Sequence record: PQ741806.1
Strand: one strand, 5' to 3'
Length of the DNA: 64,000 nucleotides
Positions 44,896 through 56,978 of this stretch are shown here, piece by piece (the first letter of the stretch is position 1; the number at the start of each line of letters is the position of its first letter). The position numbers and the translations under genes are program-made. The notes under the pieces were generated by a model. The model saw nothing but the letters and a program-made list of their open reading frames with translations, was not told where the DNA came from and searched no databases.

Positions 44896-46548
44896 ATGAA
44901 GAAGGCATTAGTTCCTTTTAATATTTCTTTACTTATTCCTACTAAAGAACAATTAAAGTTCTTAGGTCAAGTAAAGAGTCATGAGATATTTGAAGGTTTA
45001 GGTGGTAACTTTCATGAAGATGGTTTGTTCTCTGTTTCCATTTTTGGAAGAGTTGGATCAACTGATCGTGAGAGTTTATTTGGATATATCCATTTAGGTT
45101 TAGAACTTATCCATCCAGTTGTATATCGAAACTTAATTAAATTAAAAGCTTTCTATGAAGAAATTATTCTTGGTAAGGCATTTGCAGTATTTGATGAATC
45201 TATTAAAGATTTTATCCGCGCTGATGAACTAACTGGTAAAACTGGTTATACATTCTTTTTTGATAACTGGAAACGAATTGACTTTGGGACCACTAAGTCA
45301 GGGGTTCGGCTATCAAGGTTACAATTAATCGAAAAATATAAAGATAACTGTATTTTTAAAGACATGATTGTAACACCTGCTGCTTATCGTGATGCAGAGA
45401 TTGATGAGAATAATCGTGTTGAGATGGATGAGGTCAATGAACATTATAGATATCTATTAAATCAGTCGTTTGGTGTACCTGATAGCTTTGGACCAAATGA
45501 TGACTTGAGTATCTATGATCGCAAACGAGTAGCAATGCAAAACACCGTATTAGCTATTTATGAACATTATGAACGACTGCTATCCGGTAAACGTGGATAC
45601 ATTCAATCTAAATGGGCATCCCGTCGTATTGCCAATGGTACACGTAACGTCATTAGTTCGCTAGATACTAATGCTGCTGATCTTGATTCACCTAATCGAC
45701 CAACATTCAAAGATGCCGTAGTTGGCTTACATCAAGCAGCTCGTTCAGTTGCACCGCGTACAATCTTTGCACTAAGGCAAGGTGTAGTTGGTGAAGTGTT
45801 TGATACAGTTACTAACACTGTACAGCTCATCAATAAGAAAACACTACGTTTAGAATGGGTCGATATCTCTAACGAAGATATGGATTTATGGGGAACTCCT
45901 GAAGGGCAAGAACAAATCATCAATGAGTTAGATGTCATTGAAAAACGTTCACGTGCAATTGAAATTGCTGATCATTATCTAGCCCTTATTTACGTTGATG
46001 ATAAACAGAATTTTAAAATATTCCGCAACATCGATGAGTTACCTACTAATCTAAATAAGAAATTTGTTAGACCTATTACTTATGCCGAATTAGTTTACCT
46101 TAGTGGATTAAGTATGTGGCGAACAAACTCAGCGTTTGTTACACGATATCCTGTAGAAAACTACAATAGCTCTATCCCCTGTAAGATGTATGTTAAAACA
46201 ACCGTAGTGGGTGAATTACGTTATCCGTTAAATGATCAATGGGAACGTGATGATACGTTGGAACCAGCCTTAGAATTCCCTGTGTTTGAATTAAATAAAC
46301 CAGCCCAGTGGCATGACTCAGTATCCATCTCTCCTTCTATTCTCGCGCCATTGGGGGCGGATTTCGACGGGGACACTGTATCATTTAACGCAGTTTATTC
46401 AGAGGAAGCTATCGCTGAAACAGATGCTTTCTTTAAGAAACGTATTGCATATATACATGCCGATGGTCGACTGGCATTTAGTGTTGGTGTCCATACACTC
46501 AATTTAACTCTTCGGTACATGACTGGGGAACCCAAACAAAGGGATTAA
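44896..46548 (+). CDS. rpoC: Virion RNA polymerase beta' subunit, N-terminal part with active site (gp180-like)
   Basis: DGLFSVSIFG, GYIHL, LSGKRG, ADFDGD catalytic motif. Confidence 0.93.
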   Translation: MKKALVPFNISLLIPTKEQLKFLGQVKSHEIFEGLGGNFHEDGLFSVSIFGRVGSTDRESLFGYIHLGLELIHPVVYRNLIKLKAFYEEIILGKAFAVFDESIKDFIRADELTGKTGYTFFFDNWKRIDFGTTKSGVRLSRLQLIEKYKDNCIFKDMIVTPAAYRDAEIDENNRVEMDEVNEHYRYLLNQSFGVPDSFGPNDDLSIYDRKRVAMQNTVLAIYEHYERLLSGKRGYIQSKWASRRIANGTRNVISSLDTNAADLDSPNRPTFKDAVVGLHQAARSVAPRTIFALRQGVVGEVFDTVTNTVQLINKKTLRLEWVDISNEDMDLWGTPEGQEQIINELDVIEKRSRAIEIADHYLALIYVDDKQNFKIFRNIDELPTNLNKKFVRPITYAELVYLSGLSMWRTNSAFVTRYPVENYNSSIPCKMYVKTTVVGELRYPLNDQWERDDTLEPALEFPVFELNKPAQWHDSVSISPSILAPLGADFDGDTVSFNAVYSEEAIAETDAFFKKRIAYIHADGRLAFSVGVHTLNLTLRYMTGEPKQRD

Positions 46549-46550
46549 TC

Positions 46551-49500
46551 ATGCGCTTAAATATTACACAGTTTCTGAAAAATTATAGTGTACGCGAATA
46601 TGCTAAACTTCAGTCACCTAAGTTGCATGCTCTAAATAAACTTGATCTACCTTTCGAATCCATTTATCAGTTCTTCGATGGTAATAATGCAGTAATGGGT
46701 CCTAGTCAAACAGACCCATTATTCTCCAAACATCAAGGTAAAGTATATATTGAGCATGTTACTGATATGCTTACATTTGAAGGTAATCCACGTAGGACTT
46801 CAAATATCCCAGCAACAATGATTCAAGAGTTTCGCCGCCAGAACCGTTTCTTTAAACCTTTACGCAGTGATACCGGTTTTAAATTATCAAACCAGAACAT
46901 TCTGGTAATGAATTATAATTTAATTAACCCTCAATGGAATTATATGGCTTCTTATAAAGCTACATGGTTCCGTTGGTCAAATGACATGCGTACATTCTGG
47001 AGTGGCGTAGCGGCTGCATGTGAACGTTTTCCTGGTTGGAACCAGTTCATTGATGTACACTTACCTGAGTTAGTTCCACCTCCTTCTTCTTTTAATAAAC
47101 TACGAGGGGGTTTAACTCAAGATCTAGCTAATCAATTCAATACACCTGATATTCTAAATATATTTGATTTAGTTCGCTGGGTTTCTGATGATCGTGAAAG
47201 TTCTTTCATGAATGTCATCGATGCTAAGTATTACGGTAACATTAATCTTTTATTCCGTGTACAAAGTTCATTCTTTGTTATTAACTTAGGGATGCTTGAT
47301 CAATGGCGTCGTGATCCAGAAATTAAAGATGATAAAGGTTATGATACCCAGCAAATAGCTAGGCGCCTTATTTCACTAGTATCAGCGATGGTTGAATATA
47401 ACCAAGGTAATACTTCATTAATTAAAGAAGATACGCCTATCTTTAATGAAGATATTATTGTTGATGAAGAAACTCCGGTTAGTTATGAAGAAGGTGAAGC
47501 AGAAGAGGTTGAGGATGTTGAGTCTAATAACGTTGAAGAAGAAGTAACTGAAGTTGATGTTATTGATGATGTTCAATTTGACCCAACCAACTTAACTAAC
47601 TTAATTGATATTGGCGCAATTGAGGTAACATATACCCCACCACCAGAAAGTGATCTTGAGGTAACAAAGCTTATCATTGAAAAAGATCCACTGGAATCTT
47701 CACCTTCTCGCCAAATTAAAGAAGAGAAGGAACTCATTGTAACAGATGTACCAGAAGATGAGTTATTCATCAATACTGAAGTTGATGAAGAAGATAAACT
47801 AATCGATGCCATTAGAGCTAAAGCATACGACATGTATCGCGTGAATATGATTTCTGCGAATACATTCGAGCAAGCTCAAGAAGATTCGATTATGTATCGT
47901 CGTCTACCTGATCCATTTACCGATCCTAATGATGAATCAGTAGAACCTATGACGATCGCTGAGGCGATGGAATATCATCCAGATGATCTTAAGATTCCAG
48001 AAGACACCACTTTTGAAGATAAGCCAACCATTGTTGATAAATCAATGTTGGGTAGTAAGTTAAAAGCCATCCAACGCAAATACAACAAGGTCTTATTAAA
48101 GAAAGATATTTTAAACAGTGTGTTATCTGTTCAGAAACAAGGCGTATCAGTAACTAATTACAAAATTGAAACTGTACGCGATTCTGGTAACCATTACCAA
48201 ATCCACAAAGTTACATTAAAGCCTATTCGTGGTAGAAGTTCACAAGTAATGTTCCGTATCCCTGTCATTGATAATGACGGTAGGTTCATGTCTAATGGGG
48301 TAACATATCGCCAACGTTTACAACGTGCTGATATTCCAATTCGTAAAGTTAATCCACGTAAAGTTGCATTGACCTCTTATTATAATAAGACCTTTGTGAC
48401 CAGATCTGAACGTGCTGAAAACAACTTTGATAATTGGTTAATCAGAGCGATTACCAACCGTGCATTAGATGGAAGTGATATGTCTGTACATTCAGTTACC
48501 TATGCTGAATTAGATCAATCCAACTATGTTCTACCAAGGGTGTACACTACTTTAGGAACAGCTTTTAAAGGCTTCCATAATCACCGTAATGTGTTCTATT
48601 TTAATTTCAAAGATCGTAATGAATTCTTTGCAAAACAAGGATTACATATCGAAGATTATGAAACTGATGATTTGATAATGGTGGGGTTCAATGGCACTGA
48701 TGCTATCTTGTTAGATAAGAATTCCATCTTTTACATGAAAACAGGTAATGAGCTAGAACCTATTGGCACCATTACAGATATACTTGGCTTAGATCTAACC
48801 AAAGCGCCGTTAGAAGCTATTCTAATGTCAATTGGTGGTAAAGAGCTACCATTAGGTTTCATTTTAGCATATCACCATGGCTTAAACAATCTACTTAAGA
48901 AGTTGAATGTTAATTATCAGCGTCATCAGCGTGGTACCAGGATTGTTGTCAATAGTACGGATTATACATTAGCGTTCGCTGATGAGATCCTAGTATTTGA
49001 TCGAGCTGATTATAAAGCAATGCTTGTATTAAGTGGACTCAAACGTTATCATAAATCACTGCGGCGTTATTCTGTTTATGATTTCAATAAACGAGATGTT
49101 TACTTCAGGGTTCTTGAAGAAGCTGGATTAAGTAATAGATTTACACGTGATATTGATACACTCTTCTCAGCATGGGTCGATCCAATCACTGAGGGTCTAC
49201 TCAAGGAGATGGGTGAACCAACTACTTTTGAAGGATTGCTTTATCGGTCTGTCGAGTTATTAACGAACGACTGGAGTCCAGCAGAAGTAGATGGTGCATA
49301 TATGCGCTATCGTGGTTATGAGCGCATGGCAGGGGCTATTTTTAATGAACTCAATAGAGCGGTACGTGTATTTAATATGCGTAATGGTGGGTCAGTGCAA
49401 ACTGTCGAGTTAGATCCACACGTGATCTGGCGCAAGATTGTACAAGATCCGACAGTAGCCACTATTGAAGATTCTAACCCCATTGCAAATATCCGTGAAC

Positions 49501-50906
49501 AAGAAGCGATGACTTATCGTGGAGATGGTGGACGCGGTCCAACTTCAATGGTTGCACGTACACGTATTTACGGTGAAGCGGATGTTGGTGTGGTCAGTGA
49601 ATCAACTGTGGACTCAGGTGACGTTGGTGTTATTGCTTACTTAGTACCTGATGCTAACTTTGTAAACATGCGTGGTGTTACGCGTATGTTTGATCCAAAG
49701 ACAGATGGGCCAGCTAGACTACTCTCAACTAGTGCACTGCTTGGTGTTGCAACCGAACATGATGACCCTAAGCGAATTAACTTTATCTCAATTCAGCAGC
49801 AGCAAGGTATTTATGCTGATGGGTATACAGTTACACCAGTTCGTACAGGCTATGAACAAATCATAGCCCAAAGGACTAGTTCTATCTTTGCTGTAGCAGC
49901 AGAACAAGATGGTGAGGTTGTAGCTATTGATGAATATGGTATCCAAGTTAAATATGCCGATGGTAATGTATTTGGATATCAATTAGGTACAGTTCATGGC
50001 ACAGCAGCTGGTGTTAACTATCCACACATTCTTGTTACCTCATTAAAGAAAGGTGATAAGTTTAAACGTGGAGATACTATCACATATAACAAACGTTATT
50101 TCTCTGAAGATAGGTATACGCCTGGGCAAGTATTATGGAAAGCCGGTTGTATGGCTGTTGTAGCATTTGATGATAACCTTGACACTTTAGAAGACGGTTC
50201 AGTTATTTCTGAAGACCTAGCTAAAAGGTTAAATACTCAAACAACTGCAATCAAGAATATCGATGTTAGGTTTGATCAGACTATTCGAGATATGGTGAAA
50301 GTTGGGGATCACGTCGACTTAAATTCAATTCTATGTATAATTGAAGATCCTGAAACAGCTGCTCACTCACTATATGACGAGGCATCTATTGAGACATTAC
50401 GCAAACTATCAGCATATTCGCCACGTGCTAAGCTCGTAGGTACAGTATCAAAGATTGAATGCTTCTATCATGGTGAAATAGACGATATGACACCAAGTTT
50501 ACAAGCATTAGCTAATACGTCAGATAAACAACGCGCTGAACGAGCTAAATCATTGAAAGAACCTACTTTCACTGGACAAGTAGATGCTAACTATCGAGTG
50601 AAAGGACGAGCCTTAGAATATGACCACATGATTATTCGAGTGTATATCGATCATGATATCCCATGTGGTGTTGGAGATAAAGGCGTAGTAGCTAACCAGA
50701 TGAAAACGGTATTCTCCCGTGTAATGACTGGACGTAATGAAACTGAAGATGGCCGTAATATTGATCTACTATTCGGTAATACATCGGTAGAAGAACGAAT
50801 GGTTCTATCTCCTAAAATCATTGCTACAACAACTGGTATCTTGTGGGCAGCTGGAAAACATCTTGTAGCTGTATATAGAGGAAACACTAATGCAAAAGCT
50901 AAGTAA
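46551..50906 (+). CDS. rpoB: Virion RNA polymerase beta subunit, major part (1451 aa, gp178-like)
   Basis: TYRGDGG, DDPKRIN, QQQQ, EDGSVIS, GDKGV, NQMKTV motifs. Confidence 0.93.
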   Translation: MRLNITQFLKNYSVREYAKLQSPKLHALNKLDLPFESIYQFFDGNNAVMGPSQTDPLFSKHQGKVYIEHVTDMLTFEGNPRRTSNIPATMIQEFRRQNRFFKPLRSDTGFKLSNQNILVMNYNLINPQWNYMASYKATWFRWSNDMRTFWSGVAAACERFPGWNQFIDVHLPELVPPPSSFNKLRGGLTQDLANQFNTPDILNIFDLVRWVSDDRESSFMNVIDAKYYGNINLLFRVQSSFFVINLGMLDQWRRDPEIKDDKGYDTQQIARRLISLVSAMVEYNQGNTSLIKEDTPIFNEDIIVDEETPVSYEEGEAEEVEDVESNNVEEEVTEVDVIDDVQFDPTNLTNLIDIGAIEVTYTPPPESDLEVTKLIIEKDPLESSPSRQIKEEKELIVTDVPEDELFINTEVDEEDKLIDAIRAKAYDMYRVNMISANTFEQAQEDSIMYRRLPDPFTDPNDESVEPMTIAEAMEYHPDDLKIPEDTTFEDKPTIVDKSMLGSKLKAIQRKYNKVLLKKDILNSVLSVQKQGVSVTNYKIETVRDSGNHYQIHKVTLKPIRGRSSQVMFRIPVIDNDGRFMSNGVTYRQRLQRADIPIRKVNPRKVALTSYYNKTFVTRSERAENNFDNWLIRAITNRALDGSDMSVHSVTYAELDQSNYVLPRVYTTLGTAFKGFHNHRNVFYFNFKDRNEFFAKQGLHIEDYETDDLIMVGFNGTDAILLDKNSIFYMKTGNELEPIGTITDILGLDLTKAPLEAILMSIGGKELPLGFILAYHHGLNNLLKKLNVNYQRHQRGTRIVVNSTDYTLAFADEILVFDRADYKAMLVLSGLKRYHKSLRRYSVYDFNKRDVYFRVLEEAGLSNRFTRDIDTLFSAWVDPITEGLLKEMGEPTTFEGLLYRSVELLTNDWSPAEVDGAYMRYRGYERMAGAIFNELNRAVRVFNMRNGGSVQTVELDPHVIWRKIVQDPTVATIEDSNPIANIREQEAMTYRGDGGRGPTSMVARTRIYGEADVGVVSESTVDSGDVGVIAYLVPDANFVNMRGVTRMFDPKTDGPARLLSTSALLGVATEHDDPKRINFISIQQQQGIYADGYTVTPVRTGYEQIIAQRTSSIFAVAAEQDGEVVAIDEYGIQVKYADGNVFGYQLGTVHGTAAGVNYPHILVTSLKKGDKFKRGDTITYNKRYFSEDRYTPGQVLWKAGCMAVVAFDDNLDTLEDGSVISEDLAKRLNTQTTAIKNIDVRFDQTIRDMVKVGDHVDLNSILCIIEDPETAAHSLYDEASIETLRKLSAYSPRAKLVGTVSKIECFYHGEIDDMTPSLQALANTSDKQRAERAKSLKEPTFTGQVDANYRVKGRALEYDHMIIRVYIDHDIPCGVGDKGVVANQMKTVFSRVMTGRNETEDGRNIDLLFGNTSVEERMVLSPKIIATTTGILWAAGKHLVAVYRGNTNAKAK

Positions 50907-51087
50907 TAATGTAGCACATGGTCAGAACATTGCTGTTCTTCATGCTGCTGTTAAACTAGGTACTCAAGCAATTCTACAATCGCTTGGTGGCACCACCAGC
51001 TCCCCATCTCTGAATGGGGAGTTTTTAACTGAGGCTGATATTGCAGCAGCTTTAAACGCTCGCTTAATGAAGAACCTCAATATCTAA
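50890..51087 (+). CDS. Small hypothetical protein (65 aa)
   Basis: GAGGA RBS inside rpoB end; fills gap up to next RBS. Confidence 0.65.
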   Translation: MQKLSNNVAHGQNIAVLHAAVKLGTQAILQSLGGTTSSPSLNGEFLTEADIAAALNARLMKNLNI

Positions 51088-51098
51088 GGAGTGTTAAA

Positions 51099-52658
51099 AT
51101 GTTCTGTAAAGAAACCCAAGCTGCGATTGTTGGCTCAGCACGTAGTCTAACTGAGGATAACCTTGTTCTAGTTATCCCTAATGAAACATATCCCCTTGCG
51201 GTCTTTGCAGATGGTTTCAGTGTAGATGGCAACTCTAATAAAGTTGCCCTCTCTGAAGAGCTGGAAGCATCTGTAGAAGAGTTCTTCGAGGAAGCTAACC
51301 AAGAGCAACCTGTTAGTGTAGAAGAAGAGCAAGAAGCTCTGATTGCACATGTCTGCTCATCATTACAAAAGATCCAATTCAATACGCAGAATGTTATTTG
51401 CCCTGCAATTGAATATATGGTACGTGTTTTTAATGAGCGTCAAAGCATTAGTTGTCAACCAGATGTAAGCGCTACATTCTACCACTATAATGCAGTTCAT
51501 AGTGATCCCCGCTTAACTGCACACGTTAGTACACGATACAATAATTTACAGCCGCTACCTGAGTATCGTACCTTTATTCTAGAATCAATTGATGCTAATG
51601 AAATTATTCGGTTAGTGTCAATGGGTAATCCGCATCTAGATCAAACTGAAGTTGAAGAATGGCTACTATCTATTCCTAATAGTGCCGCTGTTATTGAAGG
51701 TGTGTGGAATTCTATCTTCAATGATGGTCGTCTTCTCATTCCAGGTGAACTTGAATATGTTGTGGGTAGGTCCTTCCCATTCACTGTTGATTCACTAGCT
51801 CTGGCTTACATGATTTGCGGTCACTACATCGATAACCCGGTTGAAGTTATTGGCGAGAGTGATGTTGACCTAGAAACATGGTCACTAACTATTCGTAAAC
51901 TACATGAGATGTTTGGATTCTATCTCAAGCGTGCTTATGAACGTCGTCAAGCTGATCGTGATGCAGGTCTACTCATCCTAGCCTCAGAAGCTAATAATGT
52001 AGTTGCTAATTCTCGTTGCAAAGTAATCATTAATGGTGATGTTGCACCTCAATTTGAATTAGCCGGTGGTGACATCCAAGCTATCCTTGGTGCAGCTGTA
52101 GCAGGTAGTAATAACATTTACCTAGAACAGATTCTTAATAACTCAGAACAGTTTATTCAACGTTGGCTATCAGTATATCCGCTGATTAAACAATCGGCTA
52201 TGGATAAAGGTTTACGTAAACTACGCAATGACATTCATGAATCATTTATGGATGGTGTCATTAATACTGAACTTAAAGATCGCCATGTTAATGAACTCGA
52301 ATATCGTATTAAAGAAGCAATGAGTACGATGACGACTGAAGATCTTAAGAATCCTTATATCACCTTTGGTAAACTTATCTGTAAAACATTCTTTACAGAA
52401 AATGTTTACTGGCAATATCTGCTAGCAGTTGATGAATTTAGTCAAATGTATCCTGAGGCCACTCTACGTGAACTCAATACACAATCACTAATTTCACTAA
52501 TGGCAGCATGGCTGTCTCAACAGATTAAAGTTGAGCGGTTCACTGGTGTTGTTGATCCTTATGCAAAACTACCAGTAAAAGAAGTTATTGAAACTGTAGA
52601 AGATGATAGCACTGAAACTTTAGATGATGTTGAAATCGAAGAAGAAGTTTCTAATTAA
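51099..52658 (+). CDS. Virion head/ejection protein (519 aa, gp177-like)
   Basis: AAGGAG RBS; acidic termini with S/A/G-X-E sites; synteny. Confidence 0.7.
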   Translation: MFCKETQAAIVGSARSLTEDNLVLVIPNETYPLAVFADGFSVDGNSNKVALSEELEASVEEFFEEANQEQPVSVEEEQEALIAHVCSSLQKIQFNTQNVICPAIEYMVRVFNERQSISCQPDVSATFYHYNAVHSDPRLTAHVSTRYNNLQPLPEYRTFILESIDANEIIRLVSMGNPHLDQTEVEEWLLSIPNSAAVIEGVWNSIFNDGRLLIPGELEYVVGRSFPFTVDSLALAYMICGHYIDNPVEVIGESDVDLETWSLTIRKLHEMFGFYLKRAYERRQADRDAGLLILASEANNVVANSRCKVIINGDVAPQFELAGGDIQAILGAAVAGSNNIYLEQILNNSEQFIQRWLSVYPLIKQSAMDKGLRKLRNDIHESFMDGVINTELKDRHVNELEYRIKEAMSTMTTEDLKNPYITFGKLICKTFFTENVYWQYLLAVDEFSQMYPEATLRELNTQSLISLMAAWLSQQIKVERFTGVVDPYAKLPVKEVIETVEDDSTETLDDVEIEEEVSN

Positions 52659-52704
52659 ATTATCTTAATGGTTAATAATCATTAAAACATGCAATCGATG
52701 ATAA

Positions 52705-52732
52705 ACTCCGGTATTTGGAAGGATACCGGAGT
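52705..52732. terminator. Hairpin ACTCCGGTAT-N8-ATACCGGAGT
   Basis: 10-bp stem. Confidence 0.7.
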
Positions 52733-52805
52733 AATACAGCGAATATTTAAAGGTGCATGATTTTGATTAAGTATTTTAATCTTTACATAAATGAACAATT
52801 AGGAC

Positions 52806-53534
52806 ATGATAATGGACGTACGTTCTCTTCGACGGGATCCAGAACGGGTCCACAGTCATCTAACTGATTTAGAAGATAATTCAGTAGTAACTAATGCCCC
52901 ATGTAAAATACAGATTCCAGAAAGATTTACAGGAAGACATCTAGCTGTTATTGGTAGTGAAGTATTCACTATTGGTATATTTCCTATTATTTTTAATGAT
53001 GAATATTACGCAGTAAATAATACCATTGCAATGATGCGGATAAATCCAATCTCTACTGAACGCGTCCACATCAATGGTGAAGTTTATCTAGAATTTCATT
53101 TTGATAAAGGTAGTAAGATTTTCCAGAATACTTACTTAGTTGTTAATGATACATTAACTTACTATGTCTATGATGAGTTAATTAACAAAGGAAACTTCCC
53201 TTGGTATATTAACTATTATGACAAAGCCAAATTATTTGAGACAGCTAATTTACACGCTGGTGTTAACCTTGGTGGATGGCCTACATTACAACTTATTATT
53301 TCAACCACTCAGCGTGCCTCGGATGATATATCACAACTATATCGACATGTGTTAACTAGACACAGTGATATCGTGGATAATCCACCAGTCGACGTACCAT
53401 TCCGTTCAGTTATCTGGAATACTTCAGACACAACATCAAAACTCAATGGGGCTTATTTTGATCAAGGTATCACATCAGCACTTGTTAACCCATCTGAGTC
53501 AGTAGAGCTTATTGAAGAACTCCTCAGGACCTAA
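52806..53534 (+). CDS. Conserved virion protein, gp176-like (proposed additional virion RNAP subunit)
   Basis: Size and position between head protein and protease; function recalled from homologs, not visible as a motif. Confidence 0.55.
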   Translation: MIMDVRSLRRDPERVHSHLTDLEDNSVVTNAPCKIQIPERFTGRHLAVIGSEVFTIGIFPIIFNDEYYAVNNTIAMMRINPISTERVHINGEVYLEFHFDKGSKIFQNTYLVVNDTLTYYVYDELINKGNFPWYINYYDKAKLFETANLHAGVNLGGWPTLQLIISTTQRASDDISQLYRHVLTRHSDIVDNPPVDVPFRSVIWNTSDTTSKLNGAYFDQGITSALVNPSESVELIEELLRT

Positions 53535-53545
53535 GGAGTTGCGTT

Positions 53546-54358
53546 ATGCAACCATATTCTAATTTTTCTGGTTTGCAACAGCGTACTAATAACCAAGTAG
53601 TTATCGGCAGTGATATGTTAGCCGGTACTAATAAAAAAGGTGTATTAGTACCTGATGCGGATGGTTACTATCTAACTCCACTAGGAGCTTATGGTACCCG
53701 AAATTCAGCTGGTATGTTCTATGAAATGGCATCCGGCGTATCTATGTTTAATCCAGACTCACCTTTAATGCGCCGTGTTAAAAAGGGTGTTCTATTCATG
53801 GAATACAAACACCCTGAACCCTATCGTAAAGATGGCACACGGATGAATGAACATGAGTACCTAATGCGAATTCGTCAAATCGATGATGATCGTGTGTGTG
53901 CGCATATTAAGGAACTTATTCTGGTTGATTCTACAGATGAGAAAGGTCTTCCTATTAAACTAGTACTTGGCAAATGCAAACCATACGGTCCTTTTGGTAA
54001 GTACTTCGAAGCATCTATTACCAATCCTTCTCAGAATACTTATTGCTCGGTAAGGTCAATAACTCAAGATGATCCTATGCGCGGTATCAAATATACCCGT
54101 GAGATTTCAACTTGGGATATGGTTGGGGAAGGTGGTATTTACGGTGCTAATAAATGGAATTCCCCTGCATTAGAGAACTATGAAGATCAATTAATGGTTA
54201 TCACGCCTGATACTCTATATCAGGTACAGCGTGAACGTGAACGTCAAATTAACATGGGTTTTGAATGTTCTGATATCACCAATGTGACAGATCTAGCGAA
54301 AAGTCTTGGCTGGGATATTTCACCAGTTAAACATAGGCGCCCTGGCTTCATGCGTTAA
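53546..54358 (+). CDS. Prohead maturation protease (270 aa, gp175-like)
   Basis: EYKHP His and CSVRS Ser motifs; C-terminal ALE/GFE self-cleavage-type sites; synteny. Confidence 0.85.
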   Translation: MQPYSNFSGLQQRTNNQVVIGSDMLAGTNKKGVLVPDADGYYLTPLGAYGTRNSAGMFYEMASGVSMFNPDSPLMRRVKKGVLFMEYKHPEPYRKDGTRMNEHEYLMRIRQIDDDRVCAHIKELILVDSTDEKGLPIKLVLGKCKPYGPFGKYFEASITNPSQNTYCSVRSITQDDPMRGIKYTREISTWDMVGEGGIYGANKWNSPALENYEDQLMVITPDTLYQVQRERERQINMGFECSDITNVTDLAKSLGWDISPVKHRRPGFMR

Positions 54359-54373
54359 AAATAAAAAAAAAGA

Positions 54374-54405
54374 CATAATGCCCTCCCGTAATGGGAGGGC
54401 TTATG
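54374..54405. terminator. Bidirectional hairpin CATAAT-GCCCTCCC-GTAAT-GGGAGGGC-TTATG
   Basis: Between convergent genes. Confidence 0.85.
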
Positions 54406-54408
54406 CTG

Positions 54409-55545
<1,137 letters not shown>

Positions 55546-55555
55546 TTAAAAACTA

Positions 55556-56530
55556 CTATTTTTTATAAGCAATAAATTTTCCAATATGCTTGAATCCCTT
55601 ACAACTAATAGTAACTTTAATCGGATATTTAGCCTTCATTACATAAATTAACCTGGACATATTAAACGGCGCATAAAGTATAAAATCATTATCTACCATT
55701 TCTTTATGGAATGCATTAATCTTATCTTGGACTAGTTTAATATAATCCTCATCATTAATAATACTTTGTTTATCTGAAATAACAATCTTATCTACAGTAT
55801 CGCCTTCAGCACATAGTCTTTCATATACCTCAGTACGGATAAATGTATTAACTGCGATATATGTATTTTCTGTTACTTGTGTAGCTTGTGCACTATAAAT
55901 ATCACTAATACAGTAATTAGGTTTATATGGACCAAATGGATCAATAATATCTTTAATAGATACACTCTTTTTTGGTAGAACATGGGGTGTTTCTAAAAAT
56001 GAAACACTGTCATGTGCATCAATATCTAAATACTTATTGACTAGTGGGGCAACGCGGTTGAATGCCTCTTCATAGATAGCATACATGTAGCCACGGTAAT
56101 CTGGTAAAGACGCATAATAATTACGCTGAACAACAGTCTCGCAACTACTAACATAATTATAAAAAATATCTGCGTGCCTTAAAACATTATTAAATTCATC
56201 TACGCCTAGAATTGAACTAATCCAACTAACATCATTATCGTGGATAAATATAGCTAAACGAAGGTTTTGCCGTTTTGGATTAGTTTCATCTTGGAATGGA
56301 TATGTTGTATATAGCTCAGTGATAGCTTGTTTAACTACATCAGGTGATTCATTGAAAAATTCTTTTGAGAATTGATCAATTGACATATTTTGTCTTTGCT
56401 GATATAGTTCATTAATACGTGCTTCTACTTGCACAAGGAAGTTAATCTTTTTACTGATTTTAAGGCTATGTTCAGTATGCATTAAGTTATCTCTGTTTGA
56501 TTGATTTAATAACATCACAAACAATTTCAA
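55556..56530 (-). CDS. Hypothetical protein (324 aa)
   Basis: Long ORF. Confidence 0.8.
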   Translation of the reverse strand: MKLFVMLLNQSNRDNLMHTEHSLKISKKINFLVQVEARINELYQQRQNMSIDQFSKEFFNESPDVVKQAITELYTTYPFQDETNPKRQNLRLAIFIHDNDVSWISSILGVDEFNNVLRHADIFYNYVSSCETVVQRNYYASLPDYRGYMYAIYEEAFNRVAPLVNKYLDIDAHDSVSFLETPHVLPKKSVSIKDIIDPFGPYKPNYCISDIYSAQATQVTENTYIAVNTFIRTEVYERLCAEGDTVDKIVISDKQSIINDEDYIKLVQDKINAFHKEMVDNDFILYAPFNMSRLIYVMKAKYPIKVTISCKGFKHIGKFIAYKK

Positions 56531-56978
56531 ACCATTCTTTTTCTTGAATGGTTAGGTTTGCTCCTGATAAAACTAATGGACCAAAACTTTTTGCTTTAAA
56601 TAAAACGAATGGTCGACTATTAAGATTTAATAATAGGGTATCACGAAGGATATTGGTAAGTCCATCTACGTATTGATACTTTAAACCATAGTCTAATTTA
56701 TAATGGGAATTAACCTCTGGTTGAAGAAAAGCCTTTTCTTTTTTACCAGTGATGAGATACATCCGAAGACCTTTGAATGAAAAGAAATTCTCATTATCAA
56801 GTGTGGTCTTCTTCTCTTTTCCATTAAACTGAAATAGATCAGGGAGCGGTGTATTACCGCTCTGATCTACAATGATGCTATCTACAGGATAATTATTTTG
56901 TACCCATGGGGTTTCTGGATTATTCATTTGAATTAGGCTCCACCCAATGAGGATCAGGTACAGGAACAATATGCACAC
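56487..56978 (-). CDS. Hypothetical protein (about 146-163 aa)
   Basis: Likely start MNNPE. Confidence 0.7.
   Translation of the reverse strand: MCILFLYLILIGWSLIQMNNPETPWVQNNYPVDSIIVDQSGNTPLPDLFQFNGKEKKTTLDNENFFSFKGLRMYLITGKKEKAFLQPEVNSHYKLDYGLKYQYVDGLTNILRDTLLLNLNSRPFVLFKAKSFGPLVLSGANLTIQEKEWFEIVCDVIKSIKQR

Noticed and set aside
44896-50906. Introns or inteins in RNAP genes, common in jumbo phages
   Set aside because: Both frames are continuous at expected sizes; no C...HN intein termini or embedded endonuclease ORF seen.
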